DNA of 64,000 nucleotides from Hemiscyllium ocellatum (lineage: Eukaryota), in NCBI RefSeq assembly GCF_020745735.1, contig NC_083442.1, positions 29,861,562 to 29,925,561 of the forward strand. The letters are read 5' to 3'. This document shows, piece by piece, positions 50,198 to 62,335 of the stretch. The position numbers were made by a program, and so were the translations under genes. The notes under the pieces are model-generated. The model had not been told where the DNA came from, searched no databases, and saw only the letters and a list, made by a program, of their open reading frames with translations. How positions within the stretch are numbered: position 1 is the stretch's first letter; every line of letters starts with the position of its first letter.

Positions 50198-50805
50198 TGT
50201 GACAATGCTGCTTCTTTAACAAGGTTATGTTGTCCTTGATATTTTACAAGAGGGGTTATAAAAGGCAGAGGTTCCGATTTGTCTGGGGTAAGGCCATTTT
50301 GATTATGGCTAACAGATCCTGCCTAAGGCAATAATCAGGATTTTTAAACAAAGCACTTGTACAATGAAAGGGGAGTGGCCAGTTCTTCCAGTTCAGGGAC
50401 TTTTCTAGTTTGATTTACCTTCGGGGATCTAAAGAAGTAGCTGCTGGAGTGTGAAGCAGTTCCATGCTGGTTCTCTCTCTCTGACATCTCTCTTGTAAGA
50501 ACCTGGGTTTGAATTTACCTTTTTTGTCAGGGGGGTGTTTATGGGGATGTTGTAGGAAATCGGAGTAGCATCATTAAGTTGCGATAGAGTTGGTGGGGTT
50601 TTCAGATAGGTTGAGTTATTCTATATTCTGTTCTCTTTTGTTTGTGTTTCATTCAGTAGTCTGTAAATAAGTTCTGTTTTGATTGAAACTGAGTGGTCTG
50701 ATCAGCTGCATCCCTCCTGGAATATCCACTTTACACCTGCTTAAAACAACTAGCAAAATTAGGGTCTGGGCTCCCTTCTTGAAATGTTTTGAGGGGTGCA
50801 TAACA
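50198..50805 (+). mobile_element. Solo LTR in an NRG4 intron
   Basis: TGT...ACA termini; exact 5-bp TSD ggctg (50193-50197 and 50806-50810); internal tataaaa; splits an older LINE tail. Confidence 0.8.
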
Positions 50806-51864
50806 GGCTGCCTGATTATGGTCTCAACTCCATTTTCCTGTTAACTCTAGACTGCTTTGTCCATCGAAAATCTATCCAACACAGCCTGGAATAAATCCAA
50901 TGACCACCACTCCACTGTTTCCGCAGACAGTCTCTGCAAGAAAATATTTCCCATCATCTCCATCCTAAATGTGAGAGCCTCTTATCTTTAGCGTGTCCCC
51001 TTGTTCAAGTCTCTTCCACAAGAGGAAACATCCTTCCATTCCCCACTCAGGATCTCATACATTACAATAAATCTCTCATTTTTCTCGACTCCAACCCTTT
51101 AAACATTTCTTCTTTAAGTGAACCCTTCACCCTAGGAATTGAACTAGGAAGTGAATTGCATCTGAGCAGCTTCTAGTGCAATTATATTCTTTTGCAAATA
51201 CAATTATTCGAAAGTGTGCATTTGGAGAAAAGTAATCTGTATCTTAACTTCATTTAATGTCTCTGAATTCCAAGGTAAAATGGTGGTGTATTTTAGTGTT
51301 GCTGTCCAATAATCCAAATGTTGTGGGTCAAGGGTTCAAATCCCATCATGGTGGCTGGCGAGCAAATGTTGAATATAAAGCTATTATCAAATTGACATAA
51401 AAGCCCAACTGGTATCAGTAATACTCTTAAGCAACGAAACCTGCAGGTTTGGCCTTTTTGTGATTCCAGGCTCCCAGTAATATGGTTGATTCTTAACTGC
51501 CTTCTGGGAATAGCTGAGTAAGTCACTAAGAGGCAATTAAGAAGGGACTTTCCAGTAATGCCTACACCCCAACCAAAGAAGCGTGTCGCTGTCAAGCATC
51601 CATCAATCTTCAGTTGACCCTTCAGTCTAATGAGAGGCCAGAACTTGACTTAGACATGATGACTCCCACACTTGAATGACTTGATGCCAGCTCCTAATTT
51701 TTGCTTCTCCAAAACCTTTCCACCAGCTCACAAGGCACATGTCGTGAGTGTGAAGCATTACTCCCTGCTTGTCTGGGCCAGTGTAATTTCAGCAACACAA
51801 ATGAACCTCAGCACCATCCAGGATAAAGCAGCTAGCTTGTTCAAGACCACATTTATTGAGTAAC

Positions 51865-52420
51865 AGTCATAGAGTAATACAACACAGAAACAGACCTTTT
51901 GGTCTAACCAGTTCATGCTGATCATAATCCCAAACTAAACTAGTCCCACCTGCCTGCGCTTGGCCCATATCCCTCCAAACATTTGTCATTCATGAACTTA
52001 CTTAAATGTCTTTTAAATGTTGTAACTGTACCCACATTCACCACTTCCTCTGGAAGTTCATTCCACACACAAACTACTCACCTTTTAAAAAAAATCTTTC
52101 TCCTCTCACCTTAAAAATATGTCCCCTAGTCTTGGAATCCCCCAACCTAGAAAAAAGACACCTGCCATTCACTTTATCTATACCCCGCATGATTTAATAA
52201 ACCTCTATAAAGTCACCTCTAGACTCCAGTGAAAAAAGTCCCAGCTATCCAGCTTTTCCTTATAACTCAAAGTCTCCATTCCTGGCAATATCCTGGTAAA
52301 TCTCTTTGAATCCTTTCCTGCTTAATACTATCCTTCCTGTAGCAAAGCCACCAGAATTGGACGCAGTAGTCCAGAAAAGGCCTCATCAACATCTTGTACA
52401 ACCTCAATATAACATCCTAA
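51865..52420 (-). mobile_element. CR1/HER1 LINE 3' fragment
   Basis: Reverse complement of the ORF2 C-terminus and 3' UTR seen at 11450-12039. Confidence 0.8.
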
Positions 52421-52764
52421 TTCTTTGACATTCACTCCCTGTACCTCCAGCGCACAGTGGCAGCAATGTGTACCATCTACAAGGTGCACTTCAACACCTC
52501 ATTGTGTTTCTATCAAAGCTCATTGCAAACTGAGGGCATCTGTCTCCTAGGACAAGGGCAGCAGGGGCATTGGAACACCACTGCTTGCAAGGTCCCCTTC
52601 AAATCCACTCCTATTCTAGTAATATGTCCTTCACTGTCACTGAGTGAAAGGTTTGGACCTCTTTTGTGAACAGCATTGTGGGTGCAGGAGTACCAGCAGT
52701 TCACCATCACCTTCTCAAGGGTAACTGTTGGAAGGGGTAGTAAATGCTGGCTTATACACGGCAT

Positions 52765-53330
52765 TGTGATGCCACACCTGGAATATTCTGTACAGTTTTG
52801 GCCTCCTTATCTGAGGAGGAATATTTTTGCTATGGAGCGAGTGCACTTTACCAGACTGACCTCTAGGAAGGCAGGACTGATGTACAAAGGGAGATTGAGT
52901 TGGCTAGCTATGTATTCACTAGAGTTTAGAAGAATGAGGGGGGAGGGGAATCTTGTAGCAAACTATCAAATTCTAACCAGACTAGACAGATTAGATGCAG
53001 GAAGGATCTTCTCGATGATGAGGAGAACAAGGGGTCATGGCTTAAGGATGAGGGGTAAACTTTTTAGGATGGAGACAATGGGAAATTTCTTTACCTGGAA
53101 AGTGGTGAAGCTGTGGAATTCACATCCACGGAATTTGTTTGAGAGCAAAACATTAGGTATTTTCCAGAAGGAGGTAGCTATAGCTCTTGTAGCTAAAGGG
53201 ATCAAGGAACATGGAAGAAGGTGGGATTAGAGTATTGAGGTCAATGATCAGTCTTGATCATAATGAATTGTGGACATGGCTCAAGGGGTTAAACAGCCTA
53301 CACTTACTCCCATCTTCTATATTTCTACAT
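52765..53330 (+). mobile_element. CR1 LINE 3' fragment
   Basis: ORF 52676-53230: PHLEYSVQFWPPYLRR...YSLEFRRMRG...RTRGH...FFTWKVVKLWNS. Confidence 0.85.
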
Positions 53331-53629
53331 AAGGGTCCGGGCCACTCAATTTCAGTCCTTTGCAATGAAAAGGCCAGGTTCTCATCACACCTGGTGATCG
53401 GCTTTTGCCCAAAACATCGATTTTCCTGCTCCTCAGATGTTGCCTGACCTGCTGTGCTTTTCCAGCACCACTCTAATTTAGACTCTCACCCCACACCAGA
53501 GCTCGATTTGAATTTCCCACAGAGGGGCCTCCTACTGCACCCTCTATCTCTATGGACCACCATGTCCACTGTAGGTAATGATTTTGTTGGGGTCTGATTC
53601 CGATTGGTTAAGGGCTACGTTTGACTTAC

Positions 53630-53720
53630 CAGCAGAATGGATAGGACATTCTTAGAATGTAGCAGGTGCCTCCATTAAGACAGTAGGAATTGTAGATGTT
53701 TGGGCAGAGCTGACCATGTG
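53630..53720 (-). CDS. NRG4: NRG4-like exon: EGF N-terminal half (Cys1-Cys4)
   Basis: ttttctattag|CA; HGQLCPNIYNSYCLNGGTCYILRMSYPFC TG|gtaagt. The EGF domain is split between Cys4 and Cys5, as in ErbB ligands. Absent from the ORF track. Confidence 0.88.
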
Positions 53721-55569
53721 CTAATAGAAAAGATAAGAGTCAAAAGTAATGATTAACATGGCAAAATCTTTAGGAAAAAATCCGTAGCGTGAGTGAAATG
53801 CTTACCTGTTACATTGCTGTTGGACTTGCTATTCTATTACAGCTCAAGTACGGTATGATTGAGCTGTCCTAAAGTTGTTTCTGTACATTTCACATATTTG
53901 ATTCAAATTCCAAGAAACTTTGACAGTTCCTGGTTGTTTGTGTTGCTGAGTCCAGTTCTCTTAGCTGGCGGCAGAATGAGATGACAAAACAAGGACAGAG
54001 ACACCAACATCGAGGAGTCTGGATTTGAACAGTATGAGCAACAGATGCTAGACAGCAGTGTCTATGTATACAATCATTGGTCAGACCTTAAGTGCTTTAT
54101 TGTTGTCAGTTAAGGGGAGACAGTGATGTAATGGTAAATCCCTGGACTAGTAATCCAAATCCTTCAAGCTAATGTTCTGGAGGTCAAGGGTTCAAATTCT
54201 GCCATGGTAGCAATTTAAATCCAGTTTTTTAAAGAAAAGTAATATCTAGGATATACAGCTAGTCAAATGTGGCCATATAGTAACTGTTTTTATTTTTGAA
54301 AACCCATCTGTTTCACTCATGCCTTTTAGCAAAGTAAATGTACCATCCTGACTTACTCTGGCCTGCATGTGACTCAAGACACACAGCAATGATGTTGACT
54401 CTGATCTGCCGTTTGAAATGGTATTAGAGAGCCACTGAAGGGACGGGGAACTAATGTTGCCAGTGACACCCACATCCCATGGAAGAATAACAGAGGAAAG
54501 TTCTGAAACCTACACAGTCCAAAACCACAGAGAGGATTTTCTCAAATGGCTCTGGTGATCAGGACTCCAAATATGGGAAGGTAAATTAGGCTTATTGTCC
54601 TTGGAGAAGAAAAGGTGAAGGAGACATTTATTCGAACTGTTCAAAGGCTTTGATAATTGAGAGGGAGAAATTGTTTCCATTAGCAGGAGAGTCGATAACG
54701 GGAGTACAGAGATTTAAGATAAAACAGGCAAGAGAAGCAGCAAAGAAATGAGTAATGTTTACTGTCACACAATGGATTGTCAGACTCAAAAGTGACACTG
54801 ATCTAAAGCAAGAGATATTAAGAAGGTTCACTATATGCTTGATCAAAGGGATAAGTTTTCTTAATAAAGGATTTGTATTTTTCACTGCACCTTTCATAAC
54901 TCCAGGATGATTCAAAATGTGTTAAGTAAGATAATGAGAACCCATATTCTGACAATACAATGATTGCAGTGCTGTACTATAGTGAGTAAATAAAAAGACT
55001 TTGTTAGAATTCCTAAGTGTCAGACCATGGTCACTCTATTAAGGCACAGACTTTGAGACATCACACTGACACTGAAGACAGTGCAGTTCCCAAACCTCCA
55101 GCCTCAAACTTCATGACTCGCCCCCAAGACCTGACTGGGCAGGGGGTCAGCTGGACAGCTTGACACAACGTCAAAGCCATGTCGATAATGCGAACATTAG
55201 TGGCAGCAGGTTAAATCATTTTACAGCCAAGTTAGTACTTTTGACGTGCAATTGTTCTCATAATGTGAGGGACAGTGGATAAGGAGAGGCAAAGAGACTC
55301 AGAGTTTACAGAGCTGAAGGCACAAGTGACTAGGATGCAGAGGAGAAAGGGTACGTGAGGTTAGAGATGGAGAAGCACAATGTTGGAACGTTGCAGGAGT
55401 GGTTAAAACTGAAATGACTGAAGCCGTGGAAGGACCAGAAGGTGAAGACCTTGGATTTGGAGTTGTAGAAATTCAGAGACCAGGAGCAAATGAAGACTCT
55501 TGAACAAAACTTGAAAGGTTTCAGAAAAGATTTACAAGGATGTTGCCAGGTTTGGATGGTTTGAGCTAT

Positions 55570-55889
55570 TAGATTAGACTTACAGTGTGGAAACAGGCCC
55601 TTCGGCCCAACAAGTCCACACCGACCCGCCGAAGCAAAACCCACCCATACCCCTACATTACCCCCTACCTAACACTACGGGCAATTTAGCATGGCCAATT
55701 CACCTGACCCGCACATCTTTGGACTGTGGGAGGAAACCGGAGCACCCGGAGGAAACCCACGCAGACACGGGGAGAACGTGCAAACTCCACACAGTCAGTC
55801 ACCTGAGTCGGGAATTGAACCCGGGTCTTCAGGCGCTGTGAGGCAGCAGTGCTAACCACTGTGCCACCGTGCCGCCCACCGTGCCGCCC
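55570..55889 (-). mobile_element. Young HE1-type SINE inserted in a CR1 fragment
   Basis: CpG-rich copy; TSD gctat at 55565-55569 and 55890-55894. Confidence 0.88.
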
Positions 55890-57745
55890 GCTATAGGGAG
55901 AGGCTGAACAGGCTGGGGCTGTTTTCCCTGGAGCATTAGAGAGAAAGGGGTGACCTTATATATCAGTGGCAGACGATGGCCTAGTGCTATTATCGCTGGA
56001 CTAATAACTCAGAGACCCAAATAAGGTTTGAGGGGCCAGGGTTTGAATCCCACTGTACTAGATGGTGGAATTTGGATTCAACAAAAGAAAAAAAAATCTG
56101 GAATTAGTCCTTAGACTCTGGGGGCAGTAGAGAAGGTTTATTAAACTGATGCCAGGTACAGGAGGTTATCTTCTGAGGAGAGGTTAGGTAGATTAGGCCT
56201 GTACTTGTCAGACCTTAGAAGAATCAAAGATATTGGAACCTACAAGATTCTTAGGGGACTTAAGGGGGAAGATGCGGAAAGATTATTTCCCCTTCTGGGA
56301 GAGTCTAAGATGTTATCTCAGAATAAGGGATTGTACATTTAAGACACAAACAAGGAGGGATTTCTTGTCTCAGAAGGTTGCAGGGGTCAATTAGATCAGT
56401 TGGCCAGACAGCTGGTTATTCATGCTAGTGATATGGGTTCTATCCCCACAGTAGCTGAGATTACCATGAAAGACTCTCCATCTGAACCTCTCCCCTTGCC
56501 TGGTTACCTGCAGGTTAGACCACCACCAATAGCCTTTTTTTAATGAGAGAGCAGCCCTATAGGTAACGGCGACTTTACCTTTCAATCTGTGGAATTGTTT
56601 ACCATAGATAGTGGGTCATTAAGTATATTCAAGGCTGATATGCATTTTTAATCAGAAAGGGAATCAAAGGTAATGGGGCAAAAGCAGGAAAGCGCAGTGA
56701 GCTTTATCAGACAAGCCATGATCTCATTGAATGGTGGAGCAGACTCAATGGGCTGAATGGCCTACTTCTGCTTTTGCCAATGTAATCTCGCTGGTGACAG
56801 AATATTAGATTGCCAAAGAGGAGAGTTAGGAAACTCAAAACATACTGACTGTTTTAGAGTTTCTTACTGTAGGATGATATCGGATGTCAGTGATCTGGAA
56901 TGTCAAATGTTGACACTTACCATCCAGATTTGATGTGGTTGTCAAAGCAACTGTGATGAGTTCATGTTACTATTATGCTATCAATGGCAACAAATTTCCA
57001 GAGAAGAGGCAATCTGAAGAATGCATTACCAGCAGATCCTGTGAATGCCCTTCGTGAACTGGGCAGGCTGGGGCAGGGATGGCATCAAATAGTGGGTATG
57101 TGGATTAACAGATATATGTGAGCTGCTGCGGAGGAAGCTGCACAACCTCAGTGTTCACACACCGTCAGCTTCACTCAGGATGGCTGATGGTAGAAGCTAA
57201 CGTAGGAGGGAGTAATCTGACCACTGCCATGGATGATCCATGAATGCTTGACACGAACAATGGGAGTGAAACATGAGGAAGTTTCCGTAACCCAACATTG
57301 ACATTCCTCACCACATGATCACTCAGAATTTGTGAAATCAGATGTACGAAGGGGCCAAATATCTACCTTTAAGCTAAAGAAGAAATGCTTGCATTTATGT
57401 TGCACTATTTCTCAACTTCAGACGCAATGCTGCAAATTGACACAAGTGGAAAATAAGATTAATTACTAGTTAGTTGGTGAAGGCGGTTAGGAGCAGGAAT
57501 ACGTCATTCGGTAAAATCAACTGACTGTAGCCTCAAATCCGCATTCCTGCCCGCCCCCATTATCCTTTGACTTTCTCATTAGTCAAGTATCTATTTATCT
57601 TCATCTTGAAAATAGTCAGTGACACTGCCTCTCTGGGGAAGGGAGTTCCATGCCTTCATGATTCTCTGAGGGAGAAACCGTCTCCTCATTGCCGTCTCAA
57701 GTGGAAGGAAGAGGAGGAATGTCAACTCAGGGTCCTGGGAAAGCT

Positions 57746-57970
57746 AGAAGAAAGTGAGGACTGCAGATGCTGGAGATCAGAGTTGAGAGTGTGGTGCAGG
57801 AAAAGCACAGCGGGTCAGGCAGCATCTGAGGAGCAGGAGAACCGACTTTTCAGGCAAGAGTCCATCATCAGGATTCATTCCTGATGAAAGGCTCTTGCCC
57901 AAAACATCAATTCCCCTGCTCCTCAGATGCAGCCTGACCTGCTGTGGTTTTACCAACACCACACTCTTAA
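57746..57970. mobile_element. Family A fold-back element with two opposed degenerate hammerhead cores (NRG4 intron)
   Basis: 13-bp TSD tcctgggaaagct (57733-57745 and 57971-57983); centre catcatcaggattcattcctgatgaaaggg. Confidence 0.85.
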
Positions 57971-58954
57971 TCCTGGGAAAGCTCCCTGTTCAACTTCAAC
58001 AAGTGTCACAGCACTCATTACATCCACTCTTGTAATCAGACATGTCTCATTTGAAATGCACCTCTGGCAATACAGGGCTCCCACTAACACATCAGGCTAA
58101 ATTATCTGCTCAAAATCCAGCAATGGGTATCCATTAGGCTCTCTATTTTGCTTACAGGTCTAAGATGACACCATTTATAACATTACTTACATTCTTCAGT
58201 TCTTAGGTGTTAATTTAACATAATACCAATCCCTCAGGGATGGCCATTTGATAGCTATTACAGACCACAATAATAGGAATCAAAAGAAGAAAGACATGCA
58301 TTTATATAGCACCTTTCCCAACTGTGGACACCTCACAGTGCTTTACAGCAAGCATGGAACTTTTGAAATACTGTTACAAAGGGAGAAAATGTGATGTCAA
58401 TATGCTTCAGTAAACTCACGACATGCAGTATGGAGATAAAGCCTTGACCAGTCAAATGGCCAAGTCCTGCACTGATCTTTGATGTTCCTATGATGAGAAT
58501 ATGATAAATATTGAAGTGTGAATGCCACTCCTTTGGGGTTGGTGTCTTATTCACATGACGATGAGTTTGAAATGTTTCAAATGGGATTATGTTTGGCATG
58601 GATTGGTTGGACCAAAGGGTCTGACTCAATGAATTGGCAGCAGGGGATGAAGATTTGGTGCAAAAGTGACAGGAAGCACAGACCTACTTATCCCCCAGTT
58701 CCACCGACTCTGAGCATGCCTCAGGACAGAAGTTGGATTGAGTGGCTTGTGGTTTGTCCTATTGAGGGACTTAAGTTGTGACATAATGGTGATGTTACCA
58801 GACTGGCTAACTTAGATATCTGTAATGATCGTCTGGAGTTATCAGTTTGAATCCCATCACAGAATTAATCTGCAATATAATGAGAGTCTCAGAGATGATA
58901 ACCATGAATGCTGTCACTGTTGTAATAACTCATCTGGTTCACTAATGGCCTTTA

Positions 58955-59385
58955 GAACAAAAAACTGTACAGCACAGGAACTCCTCAGATCATGATGTTG
59001 TGCCGAAAATGGCGCCAAATTAAACTAATCCCTTCAACCTGCCCTTGCTCCATATCCATCCATTCCTTGCATATTCATGTGCTTCACTAAAAGTCCCTTA
59101 AACATCCCTATCAGAGCTGCCTCTTCCACCACCCCTGACAGCGTGTTCCAGACTCCTAGTACACTCTGTGCAAACAATTTTCCCCTCACATCTCCTTTGA
59201 ACTTGTCCCCTCTCACCTTAAATGTATGCCCTGTAGTATTAGACATTTCAATTCTGGGAAAAGGATTCTGACCATCAACCTATCAACATCACATTACTTT
59301 ATAGACTTCTACCAAGTCTCCCCTCAACCCCACTGCTCCAGGGAAAACAACCCGAGTTTTTCTAGCCTCTCGTTATAGCTCAAGT
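58955..59385 (-). mobile_element. CR1 LINE 3' fragment
   Basis: ORF 59034-59246 (GHTFKVRGDKFKGDVRGKLF...WNTL). Confidence 0.75.
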
Positions 59386-60592
59386 CTTATAACTCTTTTA
59401 GGGAAGGAAATCTGCTGCCCTTACCTGGTCTGTCCGACATGTGACTCCAGATACAACAATGTGGTTGACTTTAAAGGCAGAAAGGCCTAACAAGCCACTT
59501 AGTTCAAGGGGCAGTTAGGGACAGGAAACAACTGTTGGTCTTGCCAGAGATGCTCACACCCCGTGAAACGATGATTTTTAAAAAACATAACACCAATATT
59601 TAAAAGCAAAATATCGCAGATGCTGGAAATCTGAAACAAACTATGGAGAATGCTGGAGAAACTCAGCAATTCTGGCAGCATCCGTGGAGAGAGAAACAGG
59701 GTTAACATTTTGAGTTCGGTCTGATCCTTCTTTAGATCTCCGCACAACCACCAAATCAAGCAACAACGTTTGCTGTTTAGGCTCAGGGTAAGCGGTTGGT
59801 GTCTTGACAAGGTGTGACAGGAGGTTATCCCCTGGCAGTCCAGTGATGGGTGAAGGAGTGAAAGGGAAATGTTCAAAAAAAAAATGGATATTGAATATAA
59901 GTCAAAAGGCTAAAGCGGAAGCCCAATATGAAGTGGTTCAATGTCCCACAGATTTAATTATCAATATTTTCTGATCAACAGCATTATTACTTGACTTGAA
60001 TCCAGACCTCTTGGCTGAAAGGTAGAGGCACTACTACTGCACCACACAAGCCCTACAGATTTAATTATGGTGCAAGGGTCTATGCTTTCTGTCCTCCTTG
60101 CCAGTTTTAACCTTACTCAACTCCTAGAATCCCCATAGCATGGATGCAGACCATTCTACCTATCGAGTCCAGACCAACATTCCAAAGAGAATCACTCCCT
60201 GACCCATCCCTATCCCATCCCTGTGTTTCCCGAGACTAATTCACCTAGCCCACACATCCACAGACACTATGGTCAACTTAAAATGGCCAATTCACCTAAC
60301 CTGCACATCTTTGGAGTGTGGGCGGAAACCCACACAGACGTGGGGAGAATGTGTAAACCCCACAAAGACAGCTGTCCGAGGCTGGAATTGAACCCAGGTC
60401 CATGCTGCTGTGAGGCAATAGCGCTAACCACTGAGCCACAATGCCATCATCTCTTGTGATACAACTAAATCTATAAACAACACCCTCTCATAACATGGCC
60501 AAGGTTCTCAATCCCAACAAAGTTTAGAATGTTTTTGTTCTCCTTTGGAGTAATGGACATCATATCCCATTAATCCTGATTCCATTCCCTAC

Positions 60593-60605
60593 CTGGCGTT
60601 GCCAT
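60593..60605 (-). CDS. NRG4: Probable NRG4-like start-codon exon (exon 60593-60639; coding ATG GCA ACG CCA G)
   Basis: Strong acceptor tttttctcattttgcag, Kozak gatATGG, donor CAG|gtaggg. The phase-1 end gives MATPAHGQLC, paralleling NRG4 MPTDHEEPC. Confidence 0.6.
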
Positions 60606-61844
60606 ATCCCAGTGCTCCTTGTGACCCACGTTAATTTTCCTGCAAAATGAGAAAAATCAGTTCAGACAGCCAGCATGGTCTCAGTTGGCATTTTATCAAC
60701 GGTAAAGTCAATCACAGCAGGGAAGAAACGGTAATGCTCAGTGTGACACTGGGATGACATAAAAGGAATCTACCAAGGGAATGCAACAACAACATGCATT
60801 CATATTACATCCTTACCATCCCCAAGGCATTTCTTTAAGGGTCGGACAAAGTTTGACACTGAGCTACATTGGGAAGTTTTAGAACGGGTTACCAGATCTT
60901 GGTTTTGAAGTAAGTTAAAGAAGAGGTGGAGAAGATTTAGGAAGGGAATTGCAGAGCTCAGAATCTCTACGCAACTAATGGAATGGATGCCAGTGATGGA
61001 GCAGTTAAATCAGAGAATGCTCAAGAGGCTGGATTTGAGGAGTGCAAAATCCTTGGAGGGTTGGAGGAGATTGTGGAGATAGAGAGGTGAGGACCATGGA
61101 GGAGCACATCTCTGTTAGATTGGGCTGATTAGCCAGTGTGTGGGTCAGAATAGCATCAACTCTGCCAGTTCAATTCCTGTTCCAACTGAGCTAGACTTAC
61201 CATCTGACTCTGAGTATTGAAAACAGCAACAAGTTGCCACTGAGGAGCTACTTCCATGACAGCAGCTCAGGGTGAAGCTTCAAGAGTTCCGGTAAAAAGC
61301 CGAGGACCTGCCTCAAGTGAAGTTCATCAAGAGTCAGACCAATTAGGAGCAGGAACACCAGTTCTTTTATTCTCCTGCCTTCTTACCATCTAAGACAAAG
61401 GAAGTTTTGCATTTCTATAGCGCCTTTCGCAGCCACAGGATGTCCCAATCGTTTTTGTGGTTAACAAATTACTTTGTGGAATGTTGTCACATCGAAGGCA
61501 TGGCAGTCAACTTGCATGCACCAAAGATGCCACAAAGAGCAATGTGATTATCTGCTTTTGTTATACTGGGTGAGGGTTAAGTATCAGCCAGTACACAAAA
61601 ATAAACAACCTTCTCTAATCTTCTTTGCAAAGTTGGGAGGGAAAATTCCATCTGAAAGGTTGGCAACAGTGCTACACTTGCTCAGCATTGCGGTGAGTTC
61701 TCAGTCGAGATTTTTATGCTCAAGTCTCAGAAACAGGATTTGTAACGATGATCTCCTGACTCAGAAACAAGAGTGTTAAGCTGTGAGTTACAGCTGTCAA
61801 CTAAATTTGAACAAATTGAGAGTTAAACAGAGATTCTGGTTTAC

Positions 61845-62335
61845 AGTCATAGAGTCATAAAGCTGTACCGCACGGAAACAGAGGCTTCATATCAACTTGT
61901 CCATGCTGACCAGATATCCTAAATGAATCTAGTCCCATTTCCCAGCATTTGGCCCATATCCCTCTAAACCCTTCCTATTCATATGCCCATCCAGATGCCT
62001 TTTAAATGTTGTAATTGTAACAGCCTCCACTGCTTCCTTTTCAGCTCATTCCACATACGCACCACTGTCTGTATGAAAATGTTGCCCCTTAGGTCACTTT
62101 TAAGTTTTTCCCCTCTCACCTTAAACCTATGCCCTCCAGTTTTGAACTCCCCTACCTTGCGGAGAAGACCTTAACTGTTCACCCTATCCATAACCCTCAT
62201 GATTTTATAAACCTCTATGAGGTCACCCCTCAGCCTCTGACATTCCAGGGGAAATAGCCACACTCTATTAAGTCTCTCCTTAATATCTCAAGCCCTCCAA
62301 CCCTGGCAACATCCTTGTAAATCTTTTCTGAATCA
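61845..62335 (-). mobile_element. CR1/HER1 LINE 3' fragment
   Basis: Reverse complement of the ORF2 C-terminus and 3' UTR with a gtcatagagtcata tail. Confidence 0.8.

Noticed and set aside
60606-60639. Open frame upstream of the NRG4 ATG (KINVGHKEHWD) suggesting a longer N-terminus or a tandem NRG4 copy
   Set aside because: No compatible upstream coding exon, second EGF exon or TM exon was found in the window; 11 open codons are expected by chance.
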